A stretch of DNA of 64,000 nt from Candidatus Ozemobacteraceae bacterium (GTDB lineage: Bacteria > Muiribacteriota > Ozemobacteria > Ozemobacterales > Ozemobacteraceae). Each line of letters opens with the position of its first letter. Position 1 is the stretch's first letter. Below, one piece after another: positions 20,813 to 35,634 of this stretch. The notes below the pieces were generated by a model. The model was not told where the DNA came from and did not search any database. It worked only from the letters and a program-made list of their open reading frames with translations. The position numbers and the translations under genes were made by a program. Location: the NCBI GenBank assembly GCA_965140445.1, contig OZ223236.1, positions 3,488,001-3,552,000 on the forward strand, in the 5' to 3' direction.

Positions 20813-21340
20813 CTAGGCTTTTTTACGATTATAAAGGCCTAGAATTATCCCTAGAACGACTGACCATAAAGCAGCTAAACCAATTTGATAATGTTTTGGT
20901 AAAACAAAAGTTACTGTGTGGGCAGGAATCCAGAACCAAAGCAAAGACTTAAATCCCTTGTCCATATTATTCCAGTTTTTTTCTCCTGCAACCAGGTTAT
21001 CCAGTAGTCGATGCATTAAGACCAAAAATGGTCCAAATTGCAAGTTCATGGCACTGGAAATTGCAAAAGCTCTTGAGTAGGTATTTAATTCCGGCAAATA
21101 CGAAGCTTCAACCAGACCCTTTACAAAAGCCTTAAAACCCACAAAAGCATACTTAATTAAAAGCGCAAGAAATGCCCATTCAAGCATTTTTAAAATTAGC
21201 GTTTTAAAATTAAATGGTTTAAAAAGCTTTTTGGCAATAATCCATTTTGAAATTACATCCCCTAGAGTGCCCAAAAGAGCAAATTGAATCATTGCCATTA
21301 AAACGGGGTGAGCTTGCACCAAAGAAACATACCATGTCAT
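20813..21340 (-). CDS. Mpv17/PMP22-like membrane protein
   Basis: Four hydrophobic segments; LGTLGDVISK and FWIPAHTVTF.LP...AALWSV patterns. Confidence 0.6.
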   Translation of the reverse strand: MTWYVSLVQAHPVLMAMIQFALLGTLGDVISKWIIAKKLFKPFNFKTLILKMLEWAFLALLIKYAFVGFKAFVKGLVEASYLPELNTYSRAFAISSAMNLQFGPFLVLMHRLLDNLVAGEKNWNNMDKGFKSLLWFWIPAHTVTFVLPKHYQIGLAALWSVVLGIILGLYNRKKA

Positions 21341-21442
21341 AAAATTAATTGTTCCTTAACCTAATTATTTTCACTAGTCTTTATAAAGGCTTTTAATAAG
21401 ATTTTCAACTTAAACAATCAATTTTACGTATTAGTCGTTAAA

Positions 21443-21976
21443 TTATTCTTGTTCAACCCAGATAATTTTATTGGAATCAAAACCTAAATTTAGAATTTTT
21501 ATCATTAAGGAATCTTTAAGTTCTTTACTAAGCTCAGGAGTTCTGGATAAAAGCCAAAAATATTTCTTACTGGAGCTACCGACAATTGCCCATCTATAAT
21601 CAGGGTCCAGCTCTAAAACAAAATAATCGGCAGAGAAAGGCCAAAAAAAAGAAACTTTTAAATGTCCAACTTTTTTAGAACCAGCAAACTCTGCTATACC
21701 CTCAGCAATTTTCCGTTCACCATTTTTAGAATTATATCCAGAGTTTAAAACCTTTATCCGACCATCCGGTAAAAGGCTATAATTTGCGGTAACTTTATTC
21801 AGATTTCGTTCAAAAATATGGTTATATCTGGCAATTTCATACCATTTTCCTAAATATTTCTCTGGAACAAAGTTTTTAACCGGCTGAGGCATTCCCTTTT
21901 TACGTTTAAAAAGCCTGAAAAAGACTATCACTCCTAATAAAATACCGATGAAAAGAAAGATTTTTGTTTTTTTCAT
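21443..21976 (-). CDS. blc: Bacterial lipocalin
   Basis: YLGKWYEIAR, LKVSFFWPF..DY.VL.LD.DY, WLLSRTP. Confidence 0.9.
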   Translation of the reverse strand: MKKTKIFLFIGILLGVIVFFRLFKRKKGMPQPVKNFVPEKYLGKWYEIARYNHIFERNLNKVTANYSLLPDGRIKVLNSGYNSKNGERKIAEGIAEFAGSKKVGHLKVSFFWPFSADYFVLELDPDYRWAIVGSSSKKYFWLLSRTPELSKELKDSLMIKILNLGFDSNKIIWVEQE

Positions 21977-22008
21977 TTTTTCCCCTATGGATAGTCAGAT
22001 TAGATTAA

Positions 22009-23037
22009 TCAGTCTAACAGCTCGATTGGTGCAGAAGCTATATTGTCTTGAGCAAATTCTTTCGGGTGGCGACAGAAAAACCTCCAGATCAGGTCTGTTG
22101 CTGAAATTAAACTAGATGGAGCATCTGCTCTTTTCCTCTTTTTTTGAGTTCCTGGCCAGGCATGCCCCTGGTTTAAAACTTCGTATTGAACAACAACTGA
22201 ATTACTTTTTCCACCAAAATAAGCTATCTCTCTGTATTTTTTTTTCAAATCTAACTTTTCATTAGCGATTAAGCTACAGCCGTTATTTTTTGCCCAGAAA
22301 AGACAGCTATCTTTAGCGGAAGCGACCCAAACAGGATTTGCAATAGATCTTTGCTGTTTACCTCCGGCTAAAGGTATTGATTTATCAAGTAACCCATTAA
22401 AAGCAATTACGCTAACAGGATATTTGGGGGTTTCAGGCCAGATAAATTCTTTTTTTTCAATTTCCTTGCCAGCAGCAGTACCAACGACTGGTGCTATTGC
22501 GGCAATTTTATGTGACAATTTCCCCGCTAAAAAATGACAAAATATTGCCCCATTAGAAATTCCGGTAGCAAAGATTCTATCTTGTGCGATATTAAACCGC
22601 CTTTCTAGCCGTTCAAGAAGCTTTTCTATAAACCCTAAATCGTTTACATAGAACCTTTTGGCATACCCAAATCCAAAGTATACATTCCAGGTTAACAGAG
22701 ATTTTTCAAGCCTCCCCGACCCATATGGAGCAACAAGAAGAAACCCTTCTTTATTAGATTTTTCAATAAATCCATAGTCCTCTGCAGCCTGTTTTGCATT
22801 TCCTAATCCACCATGAAATAGCAATACCAAAGGAAGCTCTTCGCCATTATTTATTTGAGGAGGAATATTAATTAAAATATGTCTGGTTTTTCCCTCAAAA
22901 TAAAACTTCTCCTCAAACAACCCAGCAAATTTATTTTCATTTTCAGCGGAACATTGAACAGTAAAGAAGATCACTGAAATCAACAAGATGAAATAGATCT
23001 TGTCCTGGATTCTCAATTTAGACCTCCGATTAATCAA
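22009..23037 (-). CDS. Secreted alpha/beta hydrolase (LpqC/PHB depolymerase-like esterase)
   Basis: Signal-like N-terminus, PLVLLFHGG, ATGISNGA nucleophile motif, GHAWPG. Confidence 0.85.
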   Translation of the reverse strand: MINRRSKLRIQDKIYFILLISVIFFTVQCSAENENKFAGLFEEKFYFEGKTRHILINIPPQINNGEELPLVLLFHGGLGNAKQAAEDYGFIEKSNKEGFLLVAPYGSGRLEKSLLTWNVYFGFGYAKRFYVNDLGFIEKLLERLERRFNIAQDRIFATGISNGAIFCHFLAGKLSHKIAAIAPVVGTAAGKEIEKKEFIWPETPKYPVSVIAFNGLLDKSIPLAGGKQQRSIANPVWVASAKDSCLFWAKNNGCSLIANEKLDLKKKYREIAYFGGKSNSVVVQYEVLNQGHAWPGTQKKRKRADAPSSLISATDLIWRFFCRHPKEFAQDNIASAPIELLD

Positions 23038-23130
23038 TAGCTTGTTTTAATATAAAATCTTTTACTGGTAAATTACAAAGGAAATTTATATTGGCCGGTT
23101 ACGCTGACTATAATGTAAGATGAGTTTCAT

Positions 23131-24753
23131 ATGCACTTAATAAAGCAAAACTTCAAAATAATTTTAATCTCGATTTTTGCATTAGGACTCTTTGCAATTT
23201 TTTCATGGAGTTACATTGGGGAAACAACTTTTGATGATGCGTTTATGTTTATTAGGTATGCTAACAACTTCCTTTCCGGCTACGGTTTTTCATGGAACAA
23301 GGAAGCATTACCAACTTATGGTTGTACAAGCTTACTATACTTATTTTTTATAACTTTTCTGAAGTGGCTTTTACCATATTCTGCCGCACAAATTCTTACA
23401 GGGGCTTCATTGTTCTTTACGATCCTTTCATTCATCATATTGGTTATTCTTTCCCGATTGTTGTTTTCTGAATCCAAAAACAGCCACTTTTTAATATCAA
23501 TTATGCCTATTTCACTAATCTTTTTAAGCAGTATTTATGCGTTTCATTCCACCACTGGAATGGAAACGACAATGGCGTTCTGCATTAATGTAATTTTTAT
23601 TCTGTTTTCGCATTTATACAGTAGAAATGAGATAAAACAATATTGGATTGCTTCTCTTTTTTTTGGATATCTAAGTTATCTTGCACGCCCTGATAATGGC
23701 ATTTACTTTATTCTATTCCCCTGCCTTTTGTGGCATCTCCAAAAAATACCAAAAAAACAAATAGCAAAATATATTTGCGCCAGCATGATCATTGTTTTTG
23801 CTGATGCATTTATAAAAAATTACTATTTTGGATCCATAGTGCCTTTATCATTTTATGTAAAGAAAAGTGGCTTTTACATCGGTTATTCCGAGTTAAATGC
23901 CTGGAATCCAGCCGTTTATCTTTTGGATTTTCTTCAAGCTGTTTTCCCTTACGCCATATTGACAATCGCAGCAATAAATAAAGATAACTACCAAAGAATT
24001 TTCATACTCTTCCTGCCTGTAATCCTAACATTTATATATTTTTGGCAAACACCACAAATAATGGGGTTTGGGGCAAGGTTTCTCTTTCCTTCAATCCCAT
24101 TCTGTCTTTTTATTGGGATTTATTCTTTTAAACAGATTGGTTTTGAAAACCTGAACCATATTGGATTCTTAAAAATCAGGGCTGTGTTTGTATTTACTCT
24201 TCTAATTTTTTGTTTTTCTACAAACATTCAATGGAAAATGGGAGAGCTTTGGTTAAAGACCAGATCAAAGCCCCAAATCTCTAATTTTAAAAGTCTTTAT
24301 AAAAATGGGACTTCAGAAATTCCTATATTAGAAAGATGGGCAGGCTTAACCCTTTTCTCACAATTTTTAACAGATTTAAATGAAAAAATTACACTATGTG
24401 CTACAGAATACGGCTATGTAGGGGCATTAAACCCTGAAATAAAAATTATTGATCCTCTTGGACTGCACAACACAAGTGCTGCAAAAAATGGTTTTTCCTA
24501 TGACCTTATTAGCTCCGGTTTTCCTGATTTAATACAGCTTCCACACGAGCATTATACTCTTATGAATTATAAAATTTTAAGTAATAAAGAGTTTCAGGAA
24601 AATTACATTTTCATTCCCAAAATTTTTAACTATGGACTGGGAATTAGAAAAAAAAGCAAATTCTTTAATAAAATATGCTCCTTGATCCAGGTTTATTCAA
24701 AACAAATCTATGATAAAAATTTCGTTTTAAAAGATTATCTGGCTACTTTTTAG
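23131..24753 (+). CDS. GT-C superfamily membrane glycosyltransferase-like protein
   Basis: DDAFMFIRYA.N...G.G..WN, GMET, LARPD, RFL.P motifs; multiple TMs. Confidence 0.7.
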   Translation: MHLIKQNFKIILISIFALGLFAIFSWSYIGETTFDDAFMFIRYANNFLSGYGFSWNKEALPTYGCTSLLYLFFITFLKWLLPYSAAQILTGASLFFTILSFIILVILSRLLFSESKNSHFLISIMPISLIFLSSIYAFHSTTGMETTMAFCINVIFILFSHLYSRNEIKQYWIASLFFGYLSYLARPDNGIYFILFPCLLWHLQKIPKKQIAKYICASMIIVFADAFIKNYYFGSIVPLSFYVKKSGFYIGYSELNAWNPAVYLLDFLQAVFPYAILTIAAINKDNYQRIFILFLPVILTFIYFWQTPQIMGFGARFLFPSIPFCLFIGIYSFKQIGFENLNHIGFLKIRAVFVFTLLIFCFSTNIQWKMGELWLKTRSKPQISNFKSLYKNGTSEIPILERWAGLTLFSQFLTDLNEKITLCATEYGYVGALNPEIKIIDPLGLHNTSAAKNGFSYDLISSGFPDLIQLPHEHYTLMNYKILSNKEFQENYIFIPKIFNYGLGIRKKSKFFNKICSLIQVYSKQIYDKNFVLKDYLATF

Positions 24754-25115
24754 TCTATTTCAACAATTGCTTTTGCTCTGGAAAGAGAACCTAAATTATA
24801 AACATTTTTGTATCCTTTACCCTGCAGAATGCCTTTAGCAAAAGAAGACCTACTCCCACTCAGGCAATGCAATAAAATAACCAGATCTTTATTTTTTCCA
24901 AGTTTGTTTTCCGCTTCTTTGCTAAGTCTATCAAGAGGTATATTAATAGCCCCTTTTACGTGCATTCCAGAAAACTCATTTTCAGTTCTTACATCAACAA
25001 TCATATGCTCTTCTTTTAACAATTGCTGAGCTTTGGAATATGATACTTGTGTCATCTGCTTAAAGATAAAGAAAGCCGCAATTATTAGAATTAATACAAT
25101 AGTACTGGTACTCAT
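24750..25115 (-). CDS. Membrane-anchored rhodanese-like sulfurtransferase
   Basis: VDVRT..EF...H..GAINIP, C.SG.RS; ATG at 25115 preceded by AGGAG. Confidence 0.85.
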   Translation of the reverse strand: MSTSTIVLILIIAAFFIFKQMTQVSYSKAQQLLKEEHMIVDVRTENEFSGMHVKGAINIPLDRLSKEAENKLGKNKDLVILLHCLSGSRSSFAKGILQGKGYKNVYNLGSLSRAKAIVEID

Positions 25116-25288
25116 TTTTTCTCCTATAAGTTTCCTTATTTTTTTTAAATATTCCATTAGCCAAAAGTATCTGTAAATAACTTAAACACAAATAAAATGA
25201 ATGGAAATGAAATAAAAAACAGTTTTCCATAAAAATGTCTTTAATGGTATTTATTTCTGCTATAATTCACAAAAAAAGGGAGAATAGC

Positions 25289-26452
25289 ATGCAATATAGA
25301 AAATTTGGAAAAACAAACGAAATGGTTTCTTCTCTGGGTTTTGGTTGTATGAGGCTTCCTTTGGCCGGCGAAACGCCTGATTTAATAGATGAAAAAAAAG
25401 CAATTTCCCTAATTCATCAAGCTATTGAAAACGGGGTAAACTATTTCGATACAGCTTACCCTTACCATAGCTTATCATTTGAAGCAGGTGGCAATAGCGA
25501 ACCCCTCCTGGGAAAAGCACTAAAGCAAGTCCCAAGGGATAAAGTTAAAATTGCTACAAAACTTCCTTCCTGGTTAGTTAAAGAACATAAAGATATGGAA
25601 AGCCTTTTAGATGACCAGTTAGAAAGGCTTCAAACCAGTTATATAGATTTTTACCTCATTCATGCTTTAAACAAGGGATTTTGGCAAAATCTCAAAAATA
25701 ATGACTTGTTTGGTTTTATCAATAAAGCTTTAGAATCTGGAAAAATAAAGCATATAGGGTTTTCTTTTCATGATGACATTCAGCTTTTCAAGGAAATCGT
25801 AGATTCTTTTCCCTGGGAATTTTGTCAAATTCAGCTGAACTACCTTGATCAAAACTATCAAGCAGGTATGGAAGGCTTAAAATATGCTTCCAGCAAGGGA
25901 ATGGGAGTAGCAATAATGGAACCGCTTCGTGGCGGAAACCTGGCGGATTCAATTCCAGATGAAATTGAAAATGAAATTAAAACTAATAATTTGTTTTCAA
26001 GCAATGTAGATATGGCACTTAGCTGGTTATGGAATCTACCGGAAGTGTCAATTGTTTTAAGCGGGATGAACACTACGGATCAGGTTTCAGAAAACTGTGA
26101 ACTTGCAGACATTAGAGATGTGGGTAATTTAACTCCTGAAAAAGAACAACTTGTAAAAAAAGTTATTGAAAGTTTTGAATCAAAAAAACTGATTAGATGC
26201 ACTGCATGCGGTTATTGTCTCCCATGCCCTGTTGGAGTGAATATTCCTGTAAATTTGAGATGTTATAATGAATATCATCGTTTCGACAATGAAAGAAACA
26301 GAAAACAAGCTCACACCACTTTTAACATGTTTTTAAGTGATCAACAAAAAGCGTTCAATTGTGTTAAATGCAGGAAGTGTGAAAGTCATTGTCCCCAAGG
26401 CATTAAAATATCTGAAGAACTGGAAAAGGTTAAAGGATTGTTTTGTAGTTAA
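25289..26452 (+). CDS. Aldo/keto reductase with C-terminal 2x[4Fe-4S] domain
   Basis: MQYRKFGKT..VS.LGFGCMRLP, FDTAYPY, CTACGYCLPCP, CVKCRKCESHCPQ; SD GGGAG. Confidence 0.9.
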   Translation: MQYRKFGKTNEMVSSLGFGCMRLPLAGETPDLIDEKKAISLIHQAIENGVNYFDTAYPYHSLSFEAGGNSEPLLGKALKQVPRDKVKIATKLPSWLVKEHKDMESLLDDQLERLQTSYIDFYLIHALNKGFWQNLKNNDLFGFINKALESGKIKHIGFSFHDDIQLFKEIVDSFPWEFCQIQLNYLDQNYQAGMEGLKYASSKGMGVAIMEPLRGGNLADSIPDEIENEIKTNNLFSSNVDMALSWLWNLPEVSIVLSGMNTTDQVSENCELADIRDVGNLTPEKEQLVKKVIESFESKKLIRCTACGYCLPCPVGVNIPVNLRCYNEYHRFDNERNRKQAHTTFNMFLSDQQKAFNCVKCRKCESHCPQGIKISEELEKVKGLFCS

Positions 26453-26469
26453 AATTTTTAAGAACAATT

Positions 26470-28059
26470 CTATTCCCAATTTCCTGGTTTTTCCTCTGAG
26501 AGGAAAGTAGACTTTCTTTCAAAATCTTTTGCCGGGAATGCTTCTATGGGAATGTCCCCTAAGTCTAATTTGTACATGACCTGATTGTAATCAATTCCAG
26601 GATAAGGAACTTGGTTGCCTGAAAAATAGTTAGTCAAAGTTCCTTCAAAAAAAATCTCTCTTCCACCATTTTTTTCAAACCAAGGATGGGTAATCGGATT
26701 ATAAAGATTGTAAAATGGGTGTTCGGCAACCTTTATTGCTACACGCCATGGGCCTGAAACATTATCTGATTCACTATAAAAAATTTCACCAGGTTGATTT
26801 CCTTGAAAAATTGCCGCCCAACGATTTTTAAAAGTACTCCAGAAAATAGAACCATTAAAGTTGTTAATGATATCTTCACCACCAAAAACTTTTGGACAAT
26901 ACCAAAGATCGCTTTTGTTCAAAACTTTCACTTCCAAAAGTTTATTTTGAAGAACCGGATCTACTGGAATGCCGCCTTTCTTCCAAAAAAACGAAGCCTT
27001 GCCTTCTGCCGTTCTGCGAACTACATAATTTTTCCCTTCGATTGAAATAGATTTACCGGAGATTTTTTTGGAAACTTCATCAAGACAAGTTAAAAACCAG
27101 TGTTCTCTTTCCTTAATAACGCTGGCAAAGTTGTCTTCAACAAATTCCCAGGGCTGTAAGAAATATCCCTTCTTATTTTTTAAAAAACCAGGAAAGGGAT
27201 GCGCACATTTATGAACTTTCGAACTTTTCTCTCTTTTGAAAATTTTAAATCTATTCTCTTTTGTAGAAAAAATAGCAAAACCACTTTCAACAGCTACTTC
27301 TAAAGACTGATGATGAACATATTTAGCTAATAGAATCTTTTTTCCATATTCCTCGTTGTAAACAGGCAAAACATATTCAATCCATGTAAATCCTCTTAAT
27401 CCCGTATCTACCATTTTCTTGGCAAAACCATCTTCACTGCAAAAATAAGAAATTTTTAGCTTTTTCTCTGGGTCAGGATTGTTTTTTAAATCAATAACGC
27501 CACCACTAGCTGAAAAATTAAAGTTACTATAACCTATGGTGTCGCCCCAAAAACAATAAAGTTTATCTGTAAATGGCGCAGCAACTAGTGAATCCTGACC
27601 AAAAATTTGGCCATCGGTTTCTACGATGTTAGTTGGAGTTAAGCCCAAAAGAATACTATCTTTATATTTTCCTGCACCGGTTATGCGGAAAACTCTCTGG
27701 GCAAGACATTTCCGATCAAGCTTTACAGTAAGCTTTTTTCCTTTTTGGACTGTAGGATAAATAGCGGTATCGCCCCAAAAATCCTTTTCAGGATAAATAT
27801 AACCAGATCCATTAATGTTAAATTTTAATCTACACCCATAAAAATCAGGGTTATCTATACTAACATTCCCATCATTATCAGAAAAAAAGGTTTGTTTATT
27901 ACCTAATTCAAGTTTCACCAATGGAACAGGCTTTAGATTAATAGAATCTAAAAATTGTATTTGAAAGGGACAAGCGTGCAAAAAGCTTTGTTGGAAAAAA
28001 AGCATTAAAAAAAACAAGAAAAAAGTATAGCTCTCAGTTTTTATTCTTCTAAATGGCAT
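26470..28059 (-). CDS. Secreted hypothetical protein, possibly a DUF4185-like beta-propeller
   Basis: Signal-like N-terminus, Ig-like first domain, LYCFWGDT motif, aromatic-rich blades. Confidence 0.55.
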   Translation of the reverse strand: MPFRRIKTESYTFFLFFLMLFFQQSFLHACPFQIQFLDSINLKPVPLVKLELGNKQTFFSDNDGNVSIDNPDFYGCRLKFNINGSGYIYPEKDFWGDTAIYPTVQKGKKLTVKLDRKCLAQRVFRITGAGKYKDSILLGLTPTNIVETDGQIFGQDSLVAAPFTDKLYCFWGDTIGYSNFNFSASGGVIDLKNNPDPEKKLKISYFCSEDGFAKKMVDTGLRGFTWIEYVLPVYNEEYGKKILLAKYVHHQSLEVAVESGFAIFSTKENRFKIFKREKSSKVHKCAHPFPGFLKNKKGYFLQPWEFVEDNFASVIKEREHWFLTCLDEVSKKISGKSISIEGKNYVVRRTAEGKASFFWKKGGIPVDPVLQNKLLEVKVLNKSDLWYCPKVFGGEDIINNFNGSIFWSTFKNRWAAIFQGNQPGEIFYSESDNVSGPWRVAIKVAEHPFYNLYNPITHPWFEKNGGREIFFEGTLTNYFSGNQVPYPGIDYNQVMYKLDLGDIPIEAFPAKDFERKSTFLSEEKPGNWE

Positions 28060-28451
28060 CTTTCACACTGATTATTTCTTAAACAAGTTCCTAATGAATG
28101 AATTGATTTACATCTTTCAACCCAAAGTCTTTTAAAGTCATCGCCAGAAACAATTTTATCTTCCAGATCATTTATTGTTGTAACGCCTGCTTTAATAGCT
28201 TCATCTGCGCACAATTCATACGCTTCTAACGGAAATTCCTTTTCTACGACCTCAATTTCTATTTCACTTATTCCTAAAGCCAACAAAATAAAACACCTGG
28301 CATGACCAGTTAAAAGGATATAACGACCTTTGTAATCTGCAACCTTAACTGGAGCACTTAAATCAGCCATGCTGAGAGAAACTTTTGAAACAACTAAATC
28401 TGATAAGTAAATCTGAGTTGGTTGCAACTGATCAATTTGAATCTTTTTCAT
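28041..28451 (-). CDS. Hypothetical ParB/Srx-like domain protein
   Basis: IDQLQPTQ..., PV.V......Y.L.TGHAR (variant of DGHxR). Confidence 0.6.
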   Translation of the reverse strand: MKKIQIDQLQPTQIYLSDLVVSKVSLSMADLSAPVKVADYKGRYILLTGHARCFILLALGISEIEIEVVEKEFPLEAYELCADEAIKAGVTTINDLEDKIVSGDDFKRLWVERCKSIHSLGTCLRNNQCERCHLEE

Positions 28452-28458
28452 CTTTTAA

Positions 28459-29112
28459 TTAGTCCTTTGCCGGAGTAAGATCAAATTTACAAATTTCACA
28501 GTCCTGAAAACCGAGCCCGATTAACTTTTTAATTTTCATTCTTCCTATTCTATTGGAAGCCTTTAAACCATCACAATGTTTAGTGGTATGCCACATTTCA
28601 CCAGAATCAATAGCATAATACCCATATTTGTTATTAAAAGAAATTGGTTCCAGGTGAAGATTAAAAAGCTGTTCTTTTTTTATCTTTAGTGGCAGCAATT
28701 CTAACGAATTTAATTCTAGATTCCACCTTTCCAATATAAACAAATCTCTCTCCTTCAAAAGCTTTTTCTGAAGAGAAATCTTAAAGCTTATCGGAATTAA
28801 TGGGGATCTTAAAACTTCAAAAAACCATTTTAAAGATGATGTAGAACAACATAGACGAATTTTAGCCATAGCATTGAAGAATTCTTTCTTGGAACCAATA
28901 GCTCCAGCTATTTTGGCATGCTCTTTTAAGAAATCTATATTATCGGGTTGAGAGTTTTCTAAGTCTTGAATAACTTGAAAAGCTCTAAAGTAATTTTTTT
29001 GCCTAAATAAATCATTGTATTTATGAATTAAAAGGTCGGAAGCAAACGCTTTGCCAGTAAAAATAAAGACCAAAAAAGGCAAAATGTAAAAAAGGTATTT
29101 TTTTCTATCCAT
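28459..29112 (-). CDS. Exported hypothetical protein with C-terminal Zn-binding-like motif
   Basis: Signal peptide ending AFA; helical core; C-terminal H-x4-C...CxxC. Confidence 0.6.
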   Translation of the reverse strand: MDRKKYLFYILPFLVFIFTGKAFASDLLIHKYNDLFRQKNYFRAFQVIQDLENSQPDNIDFLKEHAKIAGAIGSKKEFFNAMAKIRLCCSTSSLKWFFEVLRSPLIPISFKISLQKKLLKERDLFILERWNLELNSLELLPLKIKKEQLFNLHLEPISFNNKYGYYAIDSGEMWHTTKHCDGLKASNRIGRMKIKKLIGLGFQDCEICKFDLTPAKD

Positions 29113-29406
29113 AATTTATCTATCCTACAGATCCGTTGTACATTTTCGTATATCTCATTCTATGTATTTTATAGACTAAGTTCAACATAAATAAAAACTT
29201 TGTCAAATTCTAACTTCCATTGAAGTAAAACATTTGTACAATTCGTTTTAATTTAAGAGAAGAATTCTCATCAATCTGGATATTAAATTAAAGAAATTGT
29301 TAAAAAAAGCACGAAAACAAAAATTCTAAATCTTTAGAGTTTAAATTTATAAAAAAATATCCACCAAGATTTTGCTTATCTTTAAATTCCTGTCTGACTA
29401 AAAAGG

Positions 29407-29439
29407 AAAAAGCTCCAAGCTTTATTGCTTGGAGCTTTT
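29407..29439. terminator. Intrinsic terminator downstream of 5S rRNA (bidirectional type)
   Basis: AAAAAGCTCCAAGC-TTTATT-GCTTGGAGCTTTT perfect inverted repeat. Confidence 0.85.
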
Positions 29440-29443
29440 ATAG

Positions 29444-29561
29444 ACCTGGCGGCGACCGACTTTCCCACGGAGTCACCCCCGCAGTATCATAGGCGTCTTC
29501 GAGCTTAACTGCTGAGTTCGGAATGGGATCAGGTGTTTCCTCGAGACCATTACCACCAGGA
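29444..29561 (-). rRNA. rrf: 5S rRNA
   Basis: Minus strand reads TCCTGGTGGTAATGG...CCTGATCCCATTCCGAACTCAG...GTCGCCGCCAGG; follows 23S. Confidence 0.95.
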
Positions 29562-29685
29562 AAATTATAATATGTTGGTGGGCTTGTCACCCACCAACAC
29601 ATAAATATCTTTGATGAAATTCATAAAATAAAAGGTCCGCATCTGATCGAGATGATCTGCTAAGTATAAATACCTGCAGATGCTA

Positions 29686-32732
<3,047 letters not shown>

Positions 32733-32956
32733 CTATTGCACTCGATCAATTCTTTCATACTGTACTCGCACTTACGTGCAAATCCATTACAAAAAGACCT
32801 TTTAATTTTGGATGTCTTTCATCAAAGATATTATTTTCAAAGAACTATAAAATATAGAAAGACCGAAAGACTAAGTTCAACATCGCCAAACTCGACGAAG
32901 ATACGTTCCTGCGATGCCCACCGAAGCAGGTCTTATTCCAGCAACATGTCTCCCTA

Positions 32957-34517
<1,561 letters not shown>

Positions 34518-34751
34518 AATTATTAAACAACAAGTTCCTTTCGGAACCCGCCATCTACATTATTATGGAGTTATTGCTGATCTGTTTCAAGATTCAACTT
34601 AACTCAAAATCGATGTTGTAACATCGAATCAAATAGGTTCTTGTCGTTAAACAAAAACCGCTTGGCGTTATAGTTTTATTAGTCTTTCGATCTGATTCTC
34701 AAAGAGCTTATTCGACCCGGTTTTGGGCCGACCCGCCGTGGCAGGAAATCT

Positions 34752-34780
34752 AGCTTATCAAAAACGGTTTTCAATGTCAA
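34752..34780 (-). promoter_or_regulatory. rrn promoter P2
   Basis: TTGACA-17 nt-TAAGCT with extended TG and upstream A-tracts. Confidence 0.75.
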
Positions 34781-34879
34781 CCATTTTTTAAAAACTTTTT
34801 TCAAAGTTTTCTAGATCTTTTTTTACCTCCCGATTTCGACCCGGGCTTACCGGTCCGACCTCGTTTCGAAGGTTCAAAT

Positions 34880-34908
34880 ATCTTAACAGATGCGGGGTAC
34901 ATAGTCAA
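34880..34908 (-). promoter_or_regulatory. rrn promoter P1
   Basis: TTGACT-17 nt-TAAGAT with extended TG and upstream A/T tracts (UP-element-like). Confidence 0.72.
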
Positions 34909-34954
34909 CAAAAAAAAAGACTTTTTTCTTACTATTTTAACGTATCTATTTTCC

Positions 34955-35335
34955 TTACATTAAAATTTCTTTTAAAGGCTGAATTAAACTGTCTTTTGTG
35001 AATGGCTTGGCAATTTTTTTGTCAAAACCGTAGTCCCTGAAATTTGAGAATACTGGACTCCCAACACTTCCCGAACACAAAATGGCTTTAACATCCTTAT
35101 CTAACTTTCTAATTCCCTCAAGCACTTTTACACCACCATCGGGCTCTTCATTTAAAACTAAATCAATGATTGCAAGATCAAAGCGGTTTCCACTTTCGAC
35201 AGTTTCTTTAAAAATTTCAAAGGCTTTTTCAATAGAATTTGCATGTACACATTTGATGCCTTCTTTATCCAGCATTAATGTAATTAACTCTGCAACAAGA
35301 GTATCGTCTTCTACCAAAAAAACTCGAAATTTCAT
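34955..35335 (-). CDS. Single-domain response regulator (REC)
   Basis: LVEDD, IIDL phosphoacceptor, CSG, KPF. Confidence 0.9.
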   Translation of the reverse strand: MKFRVFLVEDDTLVAELITLMLDKEGIKCVHANSIEKAFEIFKETVESGNRFDLAIIDLVLNEEPDGGVKVLEGIRKLDKDVKAILCSGSVGSPVFSNFRDYGFDKKIAKPFTKDSLIQPLKEILM

Positions 35336-35634
35336 TTATTTCCTTATATTTTTGAAAGCTTGATTACCAATTCAAATGATCATCGACAATCTTTTTCACT
35401 TTTTTAATGATTTTTTCTATTAACTTTTAATTATATTTTTCTAAATTCTTATTTTTCAGCTCCTTAAAAAAAAGTATGAATAGTTAAAATTTTTTGCCTA
35501 ATAAAAGTCTTTTTAATTTGAAAAGGTATTTTTATGTTTGATGACCTTATAGAAAGGAAATTAACGTAAAACCATTATCCAAATTTTTTTTCTTTTTTGT
35601 TTTAACTAATCCCATTTAATTGTACTATTGGCTT

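Noticed and set aside
29173..29188. 16-bp sequence AGACTAAGTTCAACAT repeated in the ITS at 32868-32883
   Set aside because: One 16-mer match is roughly what chance gives in 64 kb of AT-rich DNA, and there is no mobile-element context
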